Shown in pieces: positions 34,105 through 42,591 of a stretch of DNA of 64,000 nt. The translations under genes and the position numbers were made by a program. Numbering within the stretch: the first letter of the stretch is position 1; the number at the start of each line of letters is the position of its first letter. The stretch comes from Candidatus Yanofskybacteria bacterium (GTDB lineage Bacteria; Patescibacteriota; Minisyncoccia; 2-02-FULL-40-12; IGHO2-12-FULL-4): assembly GCA_016185525.1 (NCBI GenBank), contig JACPNK010000005.1:92473-156472 (forward strand), read 5' to 3'. The notes beneath the pieces were generated by a model. That model searched no databases and was not told the origin of the DNA. It saw nothing but the letters and a program-made list of their open reading frames with translations.

Positions 34105-35886
34105 ATGATCAAAATTCCCCAAGTTCTCATTCAGGAACTGGTAAAAAGAAATCTTGTCGCTGAAGAAAAGATTGACGAATATGCGGGGCAAGCCCAGGAC
34201 CAGAACAAAGACTTCGGGAGGATTTTGATTGAACAAGGGCTTATCGGCGAAGAAGACCTGTTGAAGATAAAAGAAGAGGTTTATCACCTGCCTGTTTTTG
34301 ATTTAATCAAATCAAAAACAGAAATAAATCTTGAACTTTCCAAGATTATTTCCGAAGACGTAATAAATTTTTATCAGATAATTCCTTTTGCTAAGACGGA
34401 GTCTGTTTTAAGGGTTGGCATTCTCAATCCGGAAGATATCAACGCTTTGGAAGCTTTAAAATTCATAGGCGAGGATAAGGGTTTGGAGCTGGAAAGATTT
34501 CTCATAAGTTATAAAGATTTTGACCGTCTTTTGCAGAGTTATTCTTCTATTACCAGCGAGGTTGGTGAAGCCTTAGAAGTTAAATCTGTCGGCGAAGCCG
34601 ACGCTTCTAAGCTCAAGCTTGAGATACCGAAAACCGGCTCCTTGGATCAAATCACAGCCGATTCACCCATAACTCGGGTGGTTGCGATTATGGTTAAACA
34701 CGCGGTTGAGAATAAGGCCTCTGATATACACATTGAACCGATGGACAGTATTATTCGTGTCCGTTTCAGGGTTGACGGAATTTTGCAGGCGACCCTTTCT
34801 CTGCCCAAAAATCTTTTGTCAGCGATTGTTACCAGAATTAAAATCTTGTCGGAGATGAAGATTGATGAGACTCGTTTACCGCAGGACGGGCGCTTCAGCA
34901 CTTATCTGGACAGAAAGATTGACTTTAGGATTTCTTCTTTGCCGACTAGGCACGGAGAGAAGATAGTCATGCGTATTTTGGATCCTTTGGTCGGCAATAT
35001 TGACCTTCCTGATTTGGGACTTTTTGGCCGTTCGCTGGAGCTGGTTTTAAAAAATATAGAGAAGCCTTTTGGCGAGATATTAATTACCGGCCCCACCGGT
35101 TCCGGCAAGAGTACCACTCTATACTCTGTTTTAAAAAAATATAATAAAGAGGGGGTAAACATTATTACTTTGGAGGATCCGATAGAATATTTTTTGGAAG
35201 GAATAAACCAGTCTCAAGTCCATGAGGAAATCGGTTATACTTTTGCCAGCGGTTTGCGCCACATTTTACGCCAAGACCCCGATGTCATCATGGTGGGGGA
35301 GATAAGAGATAGCGAAACGGCCGGCTTGGCTACTAATGCCGCTTTGACCGGCCACGTGGTTTTGTCTACTTTGCACACCAACGATACTATCGGTGTGATT
35401 CCGAGGCTTATAGATATGGGCGTGGAAAAATACCTCATTGCGCCGACAGTCAACCTGGCTATTGCCCAGAGGCTTTTGAGAAAGTTATGCAAAAAGTGTA
35501 AAATCAAGACAAAGCCTAACGCCGCTGAAAAGAAGATACTTGATCAAGGGATAAAAAATATGCCGACAGCTTACAGAAAAGATTTGCCCTCGGAGACAGA
35601 TTTTATTTATAAACCGTCAGAAAAAGGTTGTCAGGAGTGTAACGGCAAGGCTTACAAAGGACGGATTGCTATTTTCGAGGTTCTGGAGATGACCGATGAG
35701 CTTGAGCAGATAATTTTGGGCCAGATCTCGGAGGCAAAAATCAGATCTGAAGCTGTTAGACAGAATATGATTACGATGTTTCAAGACGGTATCATAAAAG
35801 TTTTGCAGGGCACGACTTCTTTGGAAGAGCTTTTAGAAACCGCCCAGGAACAAGAAGAAAAAGAAGAGGAAAAAATTAAAGCTTAA
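34105..35886 (+). CDS. pilB: type IV pilus assembly ATPase PilB (GspE family)
   Basis: Walker A GPTGSGKSTTLYS. GspE N-terminal domain. Tetracysteine CKKCK...CQEC. Confidence 0.9.
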   Translation: MIKIPQVLIQELVKRNLVAEEKIDEYAGQAQDQNKDFGRILIEQGLIGEEDLLKIKEEVYHLPVFDLIKSKTEINLELSKIISEDVINFYQIIPFAKTESVLRVGILNPEDINALEALKFIGEDKGLELERFLISYKDFDRLLQSYSSITSEVGEALEVKSVGEADASKLKLEIPKTGSLDQITADSPITRVVAIMVKHAVENKASDIHIEPMDSIIRVRFRVDGILQATLSLPKNLLSAIVTRIKILSEMKIDETRLPQDGRFSTYLDRKIDFRISSLPTRHGEKIVMRILDPLVGNIDLPDLGLFGRSLELVLKNIEKPFGEILITGPTGSGKSTTLYSVLKKYNKEGVNIITLEDPIEYFLEGINQSQVHEEIGYTFASGLRHILRQDPDVIMVGEIRDSETAGLATNAALTGHVVLSTLHTNDTIGVIPRLIDMGVEKYLIAPTVNLAIAQRLLRKLCKKCKIKTKPNAAEKKILDQGIKNMPTAYRKDLPSETDFIYKPSEKGCQECNGKAYKGRIAIFEVLEMTDELEQIILGQISEAKIRSEAVRQNMITMFQDGIIKVLQGTTSLEELLETAQEQEEKEEEKIKA

Positions 35887-35898
35887 AATTGTAATTTT

Positions 35899-36978
35899 AT
35901 GAAAGACATCACAACTTATAAAAGTGAAATTGACGAATTACTTCTGCTTTTGGCTCAAGAACGGGGTTCGGATATCCACCTTTCTCCGGGTGTTTTTCCG
36001 ACCATCAGAGTGGATGGCAGGCTTATTCCTTTGTCAAACAGAACCATTTTGGATTCTGAAACCATTGAAGGCTACGCCACGGCGCTTATCGGAGAAGAAA
36101 GAAAAGCAAGATTTATCCAGGAAAAAGAAGCCGACTTTTCGTATATGGTTGGGGAAAAAGCCAGATTCAGAATGAACATTTATATAAGCAGGGGCAGTTT
36201 TGCCATTACCGGCCGGTATGTACCTTTTGAAATTAGGACTATTGAGGAACTAAAACTACCCAAAATCTTAAAATTTTTTGCACAGCTTTCTCAAGGTTTT
36301 GTTTTGATAGTCGGACCCAACGGACATGGCAAATCAACGACTTTGGCGGCTTTGATAAATTTAATCAACAAAGAGAGAGTGGAAAAAATAATTACTATAG
36401 AAGACCCGATTGAATATATGTTTGTGTCTGACCAGAGCATTATTGACCAAAGAGAGGTTTATCGTGATACAAACTCTTTTGCCAATGCTTTGCGGGCAAC
36501 TTTCCGAGAGAATGTAAATGTCATCATGGTGGGGGAGTTGCGTGATTATGAAACTATGAACGCCGCCGTCTCGGCGGCTGAAACCGGACATTTGGTTTTT
36601 GCGTCTTTGCATACCAACAACGCCGCGCAGACAATTGAAAGAATCATTGACAGTTTTCCGCCTGCCCAACAATCCCAAATTATTTCCCAGCTTGCCAACA
36701 CGGTTTCCGGCATTATTTCCCAAAGGTTGGTTCCCTCAACAAAAGGAGGTTTGGTTCCGGCGGTGGAAGTTTTGGTGGCCAACTCCGCCGTAAGAAATTT
36801 AATTAGAGAGAATAAAACGGAACAGCTGAATGTAGTTATTGATACCAGCGAGGAGGCCGGCATGATCTCAATGAATAAATCTTTGGCTGACCTGGTCAAG
36901 AAAGGAGAAATTTCCGCAGAGCAGGCCGGATTTTTCTCTCTAAATCCCAAAGAACTAAAGCTCCTGCTTAAGCAATAA
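35899..36978 (+). CDS. pilT: twitching motility / retraction ATPase PilT
   Basis: Walker A GPNGHGKSTTLAA. 359 aa. PilT-type C-terminus. Confidence 0.85.
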   Translation: MKDITTYKSEIDELLLLLAQERGSDIHLSPGVFPTIRVDGRLIPLSNRTILDSETIEGYATALIGEERKARFIQEKEADFSYMVGEKARFRMNIYISRGSFAITGRYVPFEIRTIEELKLPKILKFFAQLSQGFVLIVGPNGHGKSTTLAALINLINKERVEKIITIEDPIEYMFVSDQSIIDQREVYRDTNSFANALRATFRENVNVIMVGELRDYETMNAAVSAAETGHLVFASLHTNNAAQTIERIIDSFPPAQQSQIISQLANTVSGIISQRLVPSTKGGLVPAVEVLVANSAVRNLIRENKTEQLNVVIDTSEEAGMISMNKSLADLVKKGEISAEQAGFFSLNPKELKLLLKQ

Positions 36979-36988
36979 GTTTTTAATT

Positions 36989-38200
36989 ATGCCCCAATTT
37001 ACTTATGAAGCGAAAGATAAAGAAGGCAAGCTGGTTCAAGGCGCCATAGACGCCTTGTCTGAAAATGCGGCCGTTGACACTCTCCACGATAAAGACCTTA
37101 CTATTTTAAGCTTGATTGCCGTTGAGAAAACTTTATTCAAAGGCGATATTGGCTCTATTCTGATAAAACCGAGCAAAAAGGACGTTACCGTCTTTACAAG
37201 ACAACTGGCTACAATTATCGCGGCGGACATCCCTTTAATTGAAGGTCTGGAAACGATAGCCAGCCAGGCGGAAAAAGAAGGCTTTGCCAAAATCATAAAA
37301 GAAATGGCCGAGGATATCAGGGGCGGCAGTTCGCTTTCGGCGGCTGTTGCCAAACAGCCGAAACTTTTCGGAGATTTTTACGTCAGTCTGGTCAAATCAG
37401 GAGAGGTGTCCGGCAGATTGGAGCAGACATTGAACTACCTTGCTGATTATTTGGAGAGAAGCCAAAGTTTGAACTCCAAAATAAAAGGGGCAATGGCTTA
37501 TCCGATGTTTATAGTTTTTGCTTTGGGTTTAGTTGGTTTTATTATGATGACTTTTGTTTTGCCCAAACTGCTTGGTATTTTGACCGAGTCAGGAGTTGAA
37601 GACATTCCCTTAATTACAAAAGTTCTTATTAAGCTGACCGACTTTGTCAACAATTACAGCTTACTAATTTTGGTATCGGCGGTTTTCTTGGTCTGGTTTG
37701 TCAGACAGTATGTAAAAACCAAATCAGGCAAATATCGGATTGACCGTTTGAAAATACGTTTTCCCAGACTCGGTGTGATTGCCCGCAATATCTACATCGC
37801 CCGCATGTCGGAGACACTCTCAACATTGGTGAAAGCCGGAGTGCCGATACTGGAAGGCCTAAGAATTACTTCCGAAATAGTCGGCAATTTTATTTTTAGA
37901 GATATGCTTTTAGAAGCGGAAAAAAATGTCAGAAATGGAGGCAATATATCAACTGTTTTGTCTCAACACGAAGACGTGCCAAAGTTGGTTTCCTCAATGT
38001 TGGCTATCGGTGAAAAGACCGGTAAGACTAATTTTATGCTTGATAATATATACAAATTTTATAATGCCGAAGCCGAAAGAGATATACAAAACCTTTCCCA
38101 GTTGATTGAACCGATTCTAATCCTGCTTTTAGGTGTTGGCGCCGGACTTTTGGTGGCAGGGATATTGTTGCCGATATTCAGTCTAGTGGGTGCGGCGTAA
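36989..38200 (+). CDS. pilC: type IV pilus platform protein PilC (GspF family)
   Basis: Two T2SS-F repeats. 403 aa. Polytopic membrane protein. Confidence 0.85.
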   Translation: MPQFTYEAKDKEGKLVQGAIDALSENAAVDTLHDKDLTILSLIAVEKTLFKGDIGSILIKPSKKDVTVFTRQLATIIAADIPLIEGLETIASQAEKEGFAKIIKEMAEDIRGGSSLSAAVAKQPKLFGDFYVSLVKSGEVSGRLEQTLNYLADYLERSQSLNSKIKGAMAYPMFIVFALGLVGFIMMTFVLPKLLGILTESGVEDIPLITKVLIKLTDFVNNYSLLILVSAVFLVWFVRQYVKTKSGKYRIDRLKIRFPRLGVIARNIYIARMSETLSTLVKAGVPILEGLRITSEIVGNFIFRDMLLEAEKNVRNGGNISTVLSQHEDVPKLVSSMLAIGEKTGKTNFMLDNIYKFYNAEAERDIQNLSQLIEPILILLLGVGAGLLVAGILLPIFSLVGAA

Positions 38201-38240
38201 GAAAATTTATGAGCTAAGAAAATCAAAAGGCCCGACCTTC

Positions 38241-38279
38241 AGAGGACTGTCCTTAAATTCGAAAAAAGGACAGTCCTCT
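38241..38279. repeat. inverted pair of the 13-bp palindrome GAGGACWGTCCTC in the pilC-pilin intergenic region
   Basis: agaggactgtcctt-aaattcgaaaaa-aggacagtcctct. There is no T-tract after it, so it is not a canonical terminator. Confidence 0.7.
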
Positions 38280-38427
38280 AGTCGGACAGGTATTCCTGTT
38301 GATAACCTTCATTTGCAAACTACACGCGACTATTATAAAATCCTATTAGTTAGATATTAAAAAACAGCAATCGGTAGACACAAGCAACGTCGATTGCTTT
38401 TGTTTGTCGGTTACTGCTTTGCTATAA

Positions 38428-38985
38428 ATGTATATTTTTTCCAGAAAAAGTTTCAAACCCAGTTCGTTTGGTTTGTCTCGCGGTTTTACTCTGGTCGAGT
38501 TGTTGGTTGTTATCGCTATAATCGGTATTTTAGCGACTTTGTTGCTTTTACAACTTGGTACTGCTCGATCCAAAGCTAGAGACGCGGCTAGGATTGCTCA
38601 CGTCAACCAAATTCGCACCGCAGTTGAGTTTTACTTTGACGACAATGGTAAGTTTTTCGAGTCTACTACTATGGCTGCTCTTGCTCCCAAATATATTACG
38701 CAAATACCCAGAGATCCGCTTGCTTCCGATTGCACCAATGGTGTTTATGATGGCAGAGTGAGCGGTGCGGCTCAATGTTATGGTTATGCTTGGAACCCGG
38801 CGACCAACCCGATTCGTTATCAAGCTTGGGCAGAACTAGAAATTTGGGCTAAAGCCTTAGACCAGGATGTGGATATTAACTCAACCGGTTGGAATGGTGC
38901 AGCGGTGAATGGTGCGACTGACCTTAAAACCAATTGTACGACAGCTACTACCAGTGACTGCATTTACGACCAAGGCCAACTATAG
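38428..38985 (+). CDS. pilA: type IV major pilin (prepilin with class III signal, G|FTLVELL)
   Basis: ...[26 protein letters not shown]-methyl-Phe cleavage motif plus hydrophobic helix. Four Cys in the C-terminal region. Confidence 0.8.
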   Translation: MYIFSRKSFKPSSFGLSRGFTLVELLVVIAIIGILATLLLLQLGTARSKARDAARIAHVNQIRTAVEFYFDDNGKFFESTTMAALAPKYITQIPRDPLASDCTNGVYDGRVSGAAQCYGYAWNPATNPIRYQAWAELEIWAKALDQDVDINSTGWNGAAVNGATDLKTNCTTATTSDCIYDQGQL

Positions 38986-39004
38986 TCTAATAAATTCGTA
39001 TTAT

Positions 39005-39033
39005 AAAGCCGCCTTATCAGGCGGCTTTTAGTT
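39005..39033 (+). terminator. terminator after the pilin gene
   Basis: aaagccgcc-ttatca-ggcggcttt then t-rich sequence. Confidence 0.55.
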
Positions 39034-39062
39034 TGTTACAATTATCCATAGGACAACTAGTA

Positions 39063-39116
39063 AGCATGCCTCTTTTATAGTCGACAGCGACAGTTCGGCG
39101 CAAAAAAGAGGCATGC
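39063..39116 (+). promoter_or_regulatory. SD/start-codon-sequestering hairpin, copy 1 (14-bp stem, 26-nt loop) spanning the pilD start
   Basis: agcatgcctctttt ... aaaagaggcatgct. The right arm supplies AAGAGG plus the pilD ATG (39113). The left arm has the anti-SD-like CCTCTT. Loop is atagtcgacagcgacagttcggcgca. Confidence 0.55.
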
Positions 39117-39991
39117 TCACTAGTTATAGCAACTCTGTTATAAATATGTTTTTGCTTACTACAATTTTTCTGCTGGGCTTAACTGTTGGCAGTTTTTTGA
39201 ATGTTCTTATTTACCGTTTACCGAGGACTGTCCTCAGTAAGCGACTGAGGACAGTCCTCGGGAGCATTGTTTATGGCCGATCCAAATGTCCAAAATGCAA
39301 GCATGTTTTGGCTTGGTACGATCTTGTTCCTCTTTTCAGCTTCATTTTTTTGAAAGGCCGGTGCCGTTATTGCAAAAAACCCTTTTCTGGACGGTACTTT
39401 TTTGTGGAAATTTTGACAGGTTTATTGTTTTTAACTTTCTTTGCTTTGCAACGGCCCGGTAGCCTCTACGGATATCTGGATCTTTCTTTTTGGCTCTTTG
39501 TTTTCTCAACACTATTGGTTTTGGCTTTCATTGACTTGGACTATTTTATTATTATTGATAAAATATTGATAGTTTTAGTTCTTATTACATTTTTGTATCA
39601 AGTTTTTAGGAAATACGTCGTCCTGGCAGAACCGGCGACCATCGGAGGAATTTTTAACATATATCCCAACCTGCTGACTGCTTTTTTGTCTGGCCTGATT
39701 TTTCTTTTAATTTTTTGGGCCACTAAGGGTAGGGGCATAGGACTGGGAGACGTAAAGTTTATTTTTGTTTTGGGGTTTTTGCTGGGTTTTCCCGGTATTC
39801 TGATTGTTGTTTATCTTTCTTTACTTGCCGGCATGATTTGGGGACTGGCGCTAATTTTATTTTTCGGCGCCTCAATGAAGTCAAAGATCGCTTTTGGCTT
39901 TATCCTGGCTAATGCTGCCATTGTTTTTATGCTTTTTAACCAGTTTTTAACAGCAAAGTTCGCGCCTTATATTTTTAGACTGTATCTCTAG
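39113..39991 (+). CDS. pilD: prepilin peptidase / N-methyltransferase PilD (A24 family)
   Basis: YRLP...CPKC...CRYC zinc-binding N-terminus. Polytopic. Contains the in-frame 41-bp perfect palindrome at 39221-39261. Confidence 0.8.
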   Translation: MLTSYSNSVINMFLLTTIFLLGLTVGSFLNVLIYRLPRTVLSKRLRTVLGSIVYGRSKCPKCKHVLAWYDLVPLFSFIFLKGRCRYCKKPFSGRYFFVEILTGLLFLTFFALQRPGSLYGYLDLSFWLFVFSTLLVLAFIDLDYFIIIDKILIVLVLITFLYQVFRKYVVLAEPATIGGIFNIYPNLLTAFLSGLIFLLIFWATKGRGIGLGDVKFIFVLGFLLGFPGILIVVYLSLLAGMIWGLALILFFGASMKSKIAFGFILANAAIVFMLFNQFLTAKFAPYIFRLYL

Positions 39992-40035
39992 CTTTTATCA
40001 AAAAATAATGAAAAAGATTTTAATTAGAACCGAAG

Positions 40036-40090
40036 CAAATGCCTCTTTTGCAGTTGGCGGCGACAGTCCGACGCAAAAAAGAGGCATTTG
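40036..40090 (+). promoter_or_regulatory. SD/start-sequestering hairpin, copy 2 (arms covary with copy 1)
   Basis: caaatgcctctttt ... aaaagaggcatttg. Loop is gcagttggcggcgacagtccgacgca. The arms differ from copy 1 (gcatg vs caaat), but the change is compensated on the opposite arm. Confidence 0.55.
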
Positions 40091-40566
40091 CGAAGGTTTG
40101 CACTAGTTTGAAAAAAAAAGAAGATAAGAAAAAAGTTAAATATTACGTAATTCTAATCGGCATCGGCTTGGGATTTTTGCTTTTTCTGGATTTGTTTACT
40201 TTGGGCTCCAACATTTTTAATTTGAAAAAGATCCAGACGACGGAATTTAAAAGAACCGCAGAGGTCAGAATTTCTGGTCAGACGGGTGAAACCAGAACGT
40301 TTTCGGGTGAAGTAGTTGAGAATATGACGGTGTTGGATGCTCTTCTTGCCGCCGCCCAAAGCGCCAACTTTAACGTTGATTACCTTATTGCGAATGGAGA
40401 GCTGGATATCCGTTTAATTAACGGTTTGCCGGAGTCACCGGTTATGTTTTGGAATGTTTACTTAAATGGCGCGCCTATTAGCATTAAAAATTTGAATTCA
40501 CTTGAAATTGAGAATGGCGACCTTGTTGAATTTAAGCTTAAGCCTGTTGTAAATGAAAATAAATAA
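40039..40566 (+). CDS. secreted/membrane-anchored hypothetical protein. The true start may be the TTG at 40105 downstream of the hairpin rather than the ATG at 40039 inside it.
   Basis: KKKEDKKKVKYYVILIGIGLGFLLF signal-anchor. No recognised domain. Confidence 0.45.
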   Translation: MPLLQLAATVRRKKEAFAKVCTSLKKKEDKKKVKYYVILIGIGLGFLLFLDLFTLGSNIFNLKKIQTTEFKRTAEVRISGQTGETRTFSGEVVENMTVLDALLAAAQSANFNVDYLIANGELDIRLINGLPESPVMFWNVYLNGAPISIKNLNSLEIENGDLVEFKLKPVVNENK

Positions 40567-41095
40567 AAAAAATGCGGGCTTTACCCTGATAGAGATGATT
40601 GTTATAGCTCTATTAGTGGGTATCTTTTCAACTTTTTTGCTCATTAATCTTAGAGGTTTTTCCACTAATACCGTGATCTTGGAACGCGCGGCATTGGGGA
40701 TGATTTCTAATTTAAGAAAGGCTCAAAGCCTATCTATTGCCGGGGTTTCTTTTCAGGGCGCTTCTGTTTGCGGTTATGGTGTTCATTATGTTGATAATGA
40801 AACCTACCTAATCTATGCCGGAGGTGAAAGTGTGTGCATTTCATCAAATAAAAACTATCAAATTGGCAACGACCTTTCTTACCAGCTGGTAAAAATTTCT
40901 GAAAAAAACGTGGAATTTAAAAACTCTTTTAATGACGTTTTTTTTCTATTGCCGGACCCCAAAACATACATTAACAACAGCTTTTCTTTATCAGACCCAC
41001 CCTTGACTATAAGCATTGGTTTTAAAGGTCTTACTTGTCCGGCTTACTGTAAAACAATTTCTATATTTCCTTCTGGAAAAGTTGACTTAAATTGA
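40553..41095 (+). CDS. minor pilin / pseudopilin (prepilin-type N-terminal cleavage/methylation domain)
   Basis: KKNAGFTLIEMIVIALLVGIF. Confidence 0.7.
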   Translation: MKINKKNAGFTLIEMIVIALLVGIFSTFLLINLRGFSTNTVILERAALGMISNLRKAQSLSIAGVSFQGASVCGYGVHYVDNETYLIYAGGESVCISSNKNYQIGNDLSYQLVKISEKNVEFKNSFNDVFFLLPDPKTYINNSFSLSDPPLTISIGFKGLTCPAYCKTISIFPSGKVDLN

Positions 41096-41096
41096 T

Positions 41097-41585
41097 TTGA
41101 TGAAACCAAAAAAAAACAACGAAGGGTTTACTTTAATTGAGTTGATTACGACTCTTTTGGTTTTAGTCGCAGTTATTCAGATATTCGTTCTGATAACCGG
41201 CGATATTACCAGTTCGTTTCTGGTCAGAGACAACCTTATTGCCGCTAACCTTGTGCAGGAGGGTATAGAGGTTGCCCGCAACATAAGAGACCGCGACTGG
41301 TTTTTGGGAAACAGTTTTGGCGCATCCTTGCCAGCTGGTACTTGGAGAGTCCAGTGGAACTCAAACTCTCTTCTTTCCCTTGGTTTAAATCCTCCGCTAA
41401 AAAAAGATTCAAATTCAGGGGTTTTCAGTTATGACGTTGGAACCGACACTGTTTTTAAAAGAACGCTTTCAATAACCGCGATTTCATCTCAGGAAATTAG
41501 AGTTACCTCCACTGTCATTTGGAATTTCAAGGGTTCAGCCAAAAACATTACTGCTGAAGCTCATCTTTTTGACTGGTTTAGATAA
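41097..41585 (+). CDS. minor pilin / pseudopilin
   Basis: NNEGFTLIELITTLLVLVAVIQI. Confidence 0.7.
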   Translation: MMKPKKNNEGFTLIELITTLLVLVAVIQIFVLITGDITSSFLVRDNLIAANLVQEGIEVARNIRDRDWFLGNSFGASLPAGTWRVQWNSNSLLSLGLNPPLKKDSNSGVFSYDVGTDTVFKRTLSITAISSQEIRVTSTVIWNFKGSAKNITAEAHLFDWFR

Positions 41586-41607
41586 ACCGACGAAGTCTGC
41601 AAACAAA

Positions 41608-42144
41608 ATGGAGACAAAAAAACAAAAAATAAAAAACTCTGAAGCCGGATTTTCTTTGATTGAGTTTCTGGTGGCAATCACTTTGGGGTCTGTTGCCGTT
41701 ATGGTAATCAGCGGTATTTTTGTCCAAACTTTGCGTTTGCAAAGAAAGGCATTTTTTATCCAAAGGGTTCAGGAGAATATAAGTCTTGCTTTGGAAACCT
41801 TAGCTAAAGAGATTAGGGTCAGCACGATTTCAACTTTTAATACGAACTGTCCGGCTTCTCCTGCCCAGCTTTTAGCCGTAGCCCATCCAATTAACGGCAA
41901 TCTGGAGTATTTTTTGTCCGGCGGGGCGATTCATCGCAGGGCAGTTGATTCCGGCATTGACACCACTTTGAGTTCAAGCGGAATTTCGGTAACCCGTTTG
42001 GGTTTTTGCGTCAGCGGCAACTCTTTGGACGACAATTTTCAGCCCAGGGTGACAATTTTGCTTTCTGTGCAAAATACTAATGGCAGTGAAGTCATTCAGG
42101 TAGACATACAAACCACGGTTTCTCAAAGATTGTTGAGTAATTAA
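41608..42144 (+). CDS. minor pilin / pseudopilin (PilW-like). Start taken at the internal ATG; the ORF track starts at 41569.
   Basis: METKKQKIKNSEAGFSLIEFLVAITLGSVAV. Confidence 0.65.
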   Translation: METKKQKIKNSEAGFSLIEFLVAITLGSVAVMVISGIFVQTLRLQRKAFFIQRVQENISLALETLAKEIRVSTISTFNTNCPASPAQLLAVAHPINGNLEYFLSGGAIHRRAVDSGIDTTLSSSGISVTRLGFCVSGNSLDDNFQPRVTILLSVQNTNGSEVIQVDIQTTVSQRLLSN

Positions 42145-42154
42145 GATACAAACC

Positions 42155-42499
42155 ATGACTAAAAAAATAAAATTACAAGACGGCCAGATACTAATTTTCG
42201 CCGCAATTATATTGGGGGTTATGGTGCTGACCTCTATATCTTTGCAGGCAATTCTTTTGTCCAAGCTAAGGCTGTCTGCAGAAGTAAAAAATTCAGTTGG
42301 TGCGGCTTTTGCCGCAGAAAGCGGTTTGGAGTGGTGTTTATACAATAACCAAATTTCTCCTTCGCCCACGCCTTGGCCGGCGCCAATTATGGCAAATGGG
42401 TCAACCTATCAGGTTTTTCCTCCCGATTGCACCGGCGAAGTCTTAAAATCAATCGGCACTTATAAAGGTGTTGTCAGGTCTTTTGAGGCAAGTTTCTAA
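42155..42499 (+). CDS. PilX-like minor pilus protein (hydrophobic N-terminal helix, no G-F cleavage motif)
   Basis: GQILIFAAIILGVMVLTSISLQAILL. Position at the end of the minor pilin cluster. Confidence 0.45.
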   Translation: MTKKIKLQDGQILIFAAIILGVMVLTSISLQAILLSKLRLSAEVKNSVGAAFAAESGLEWCLYNNQISPSPTPWPAPIMANGSTYQVFPPDCTGEVLKSIGTYKGVVRSFEASF

Positions 42500-42591
42500 C
42501 CATAATTTTTGTGTTTTGGCCGGCTAACCTGCATATCTAAGAGTTTTAGACTTGGCCAAACGCCAAAGTTTTGGTATTTTGCTTAGTAATC

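Noticed and set aside
36546-36950. 134-aa and 120-aa minus-strand ORFs within pilT
   Set aside because: Antisense to pilT, which has clear Walker motifs. No RBS.
38241-38279. Inverted GAGGACWGTCCTC pair as a rho-independent terminator for pilC
   Set aside because: No T-tract follows the hairpin (ctctagtcgg). It is kept as a repeat/motif instead.
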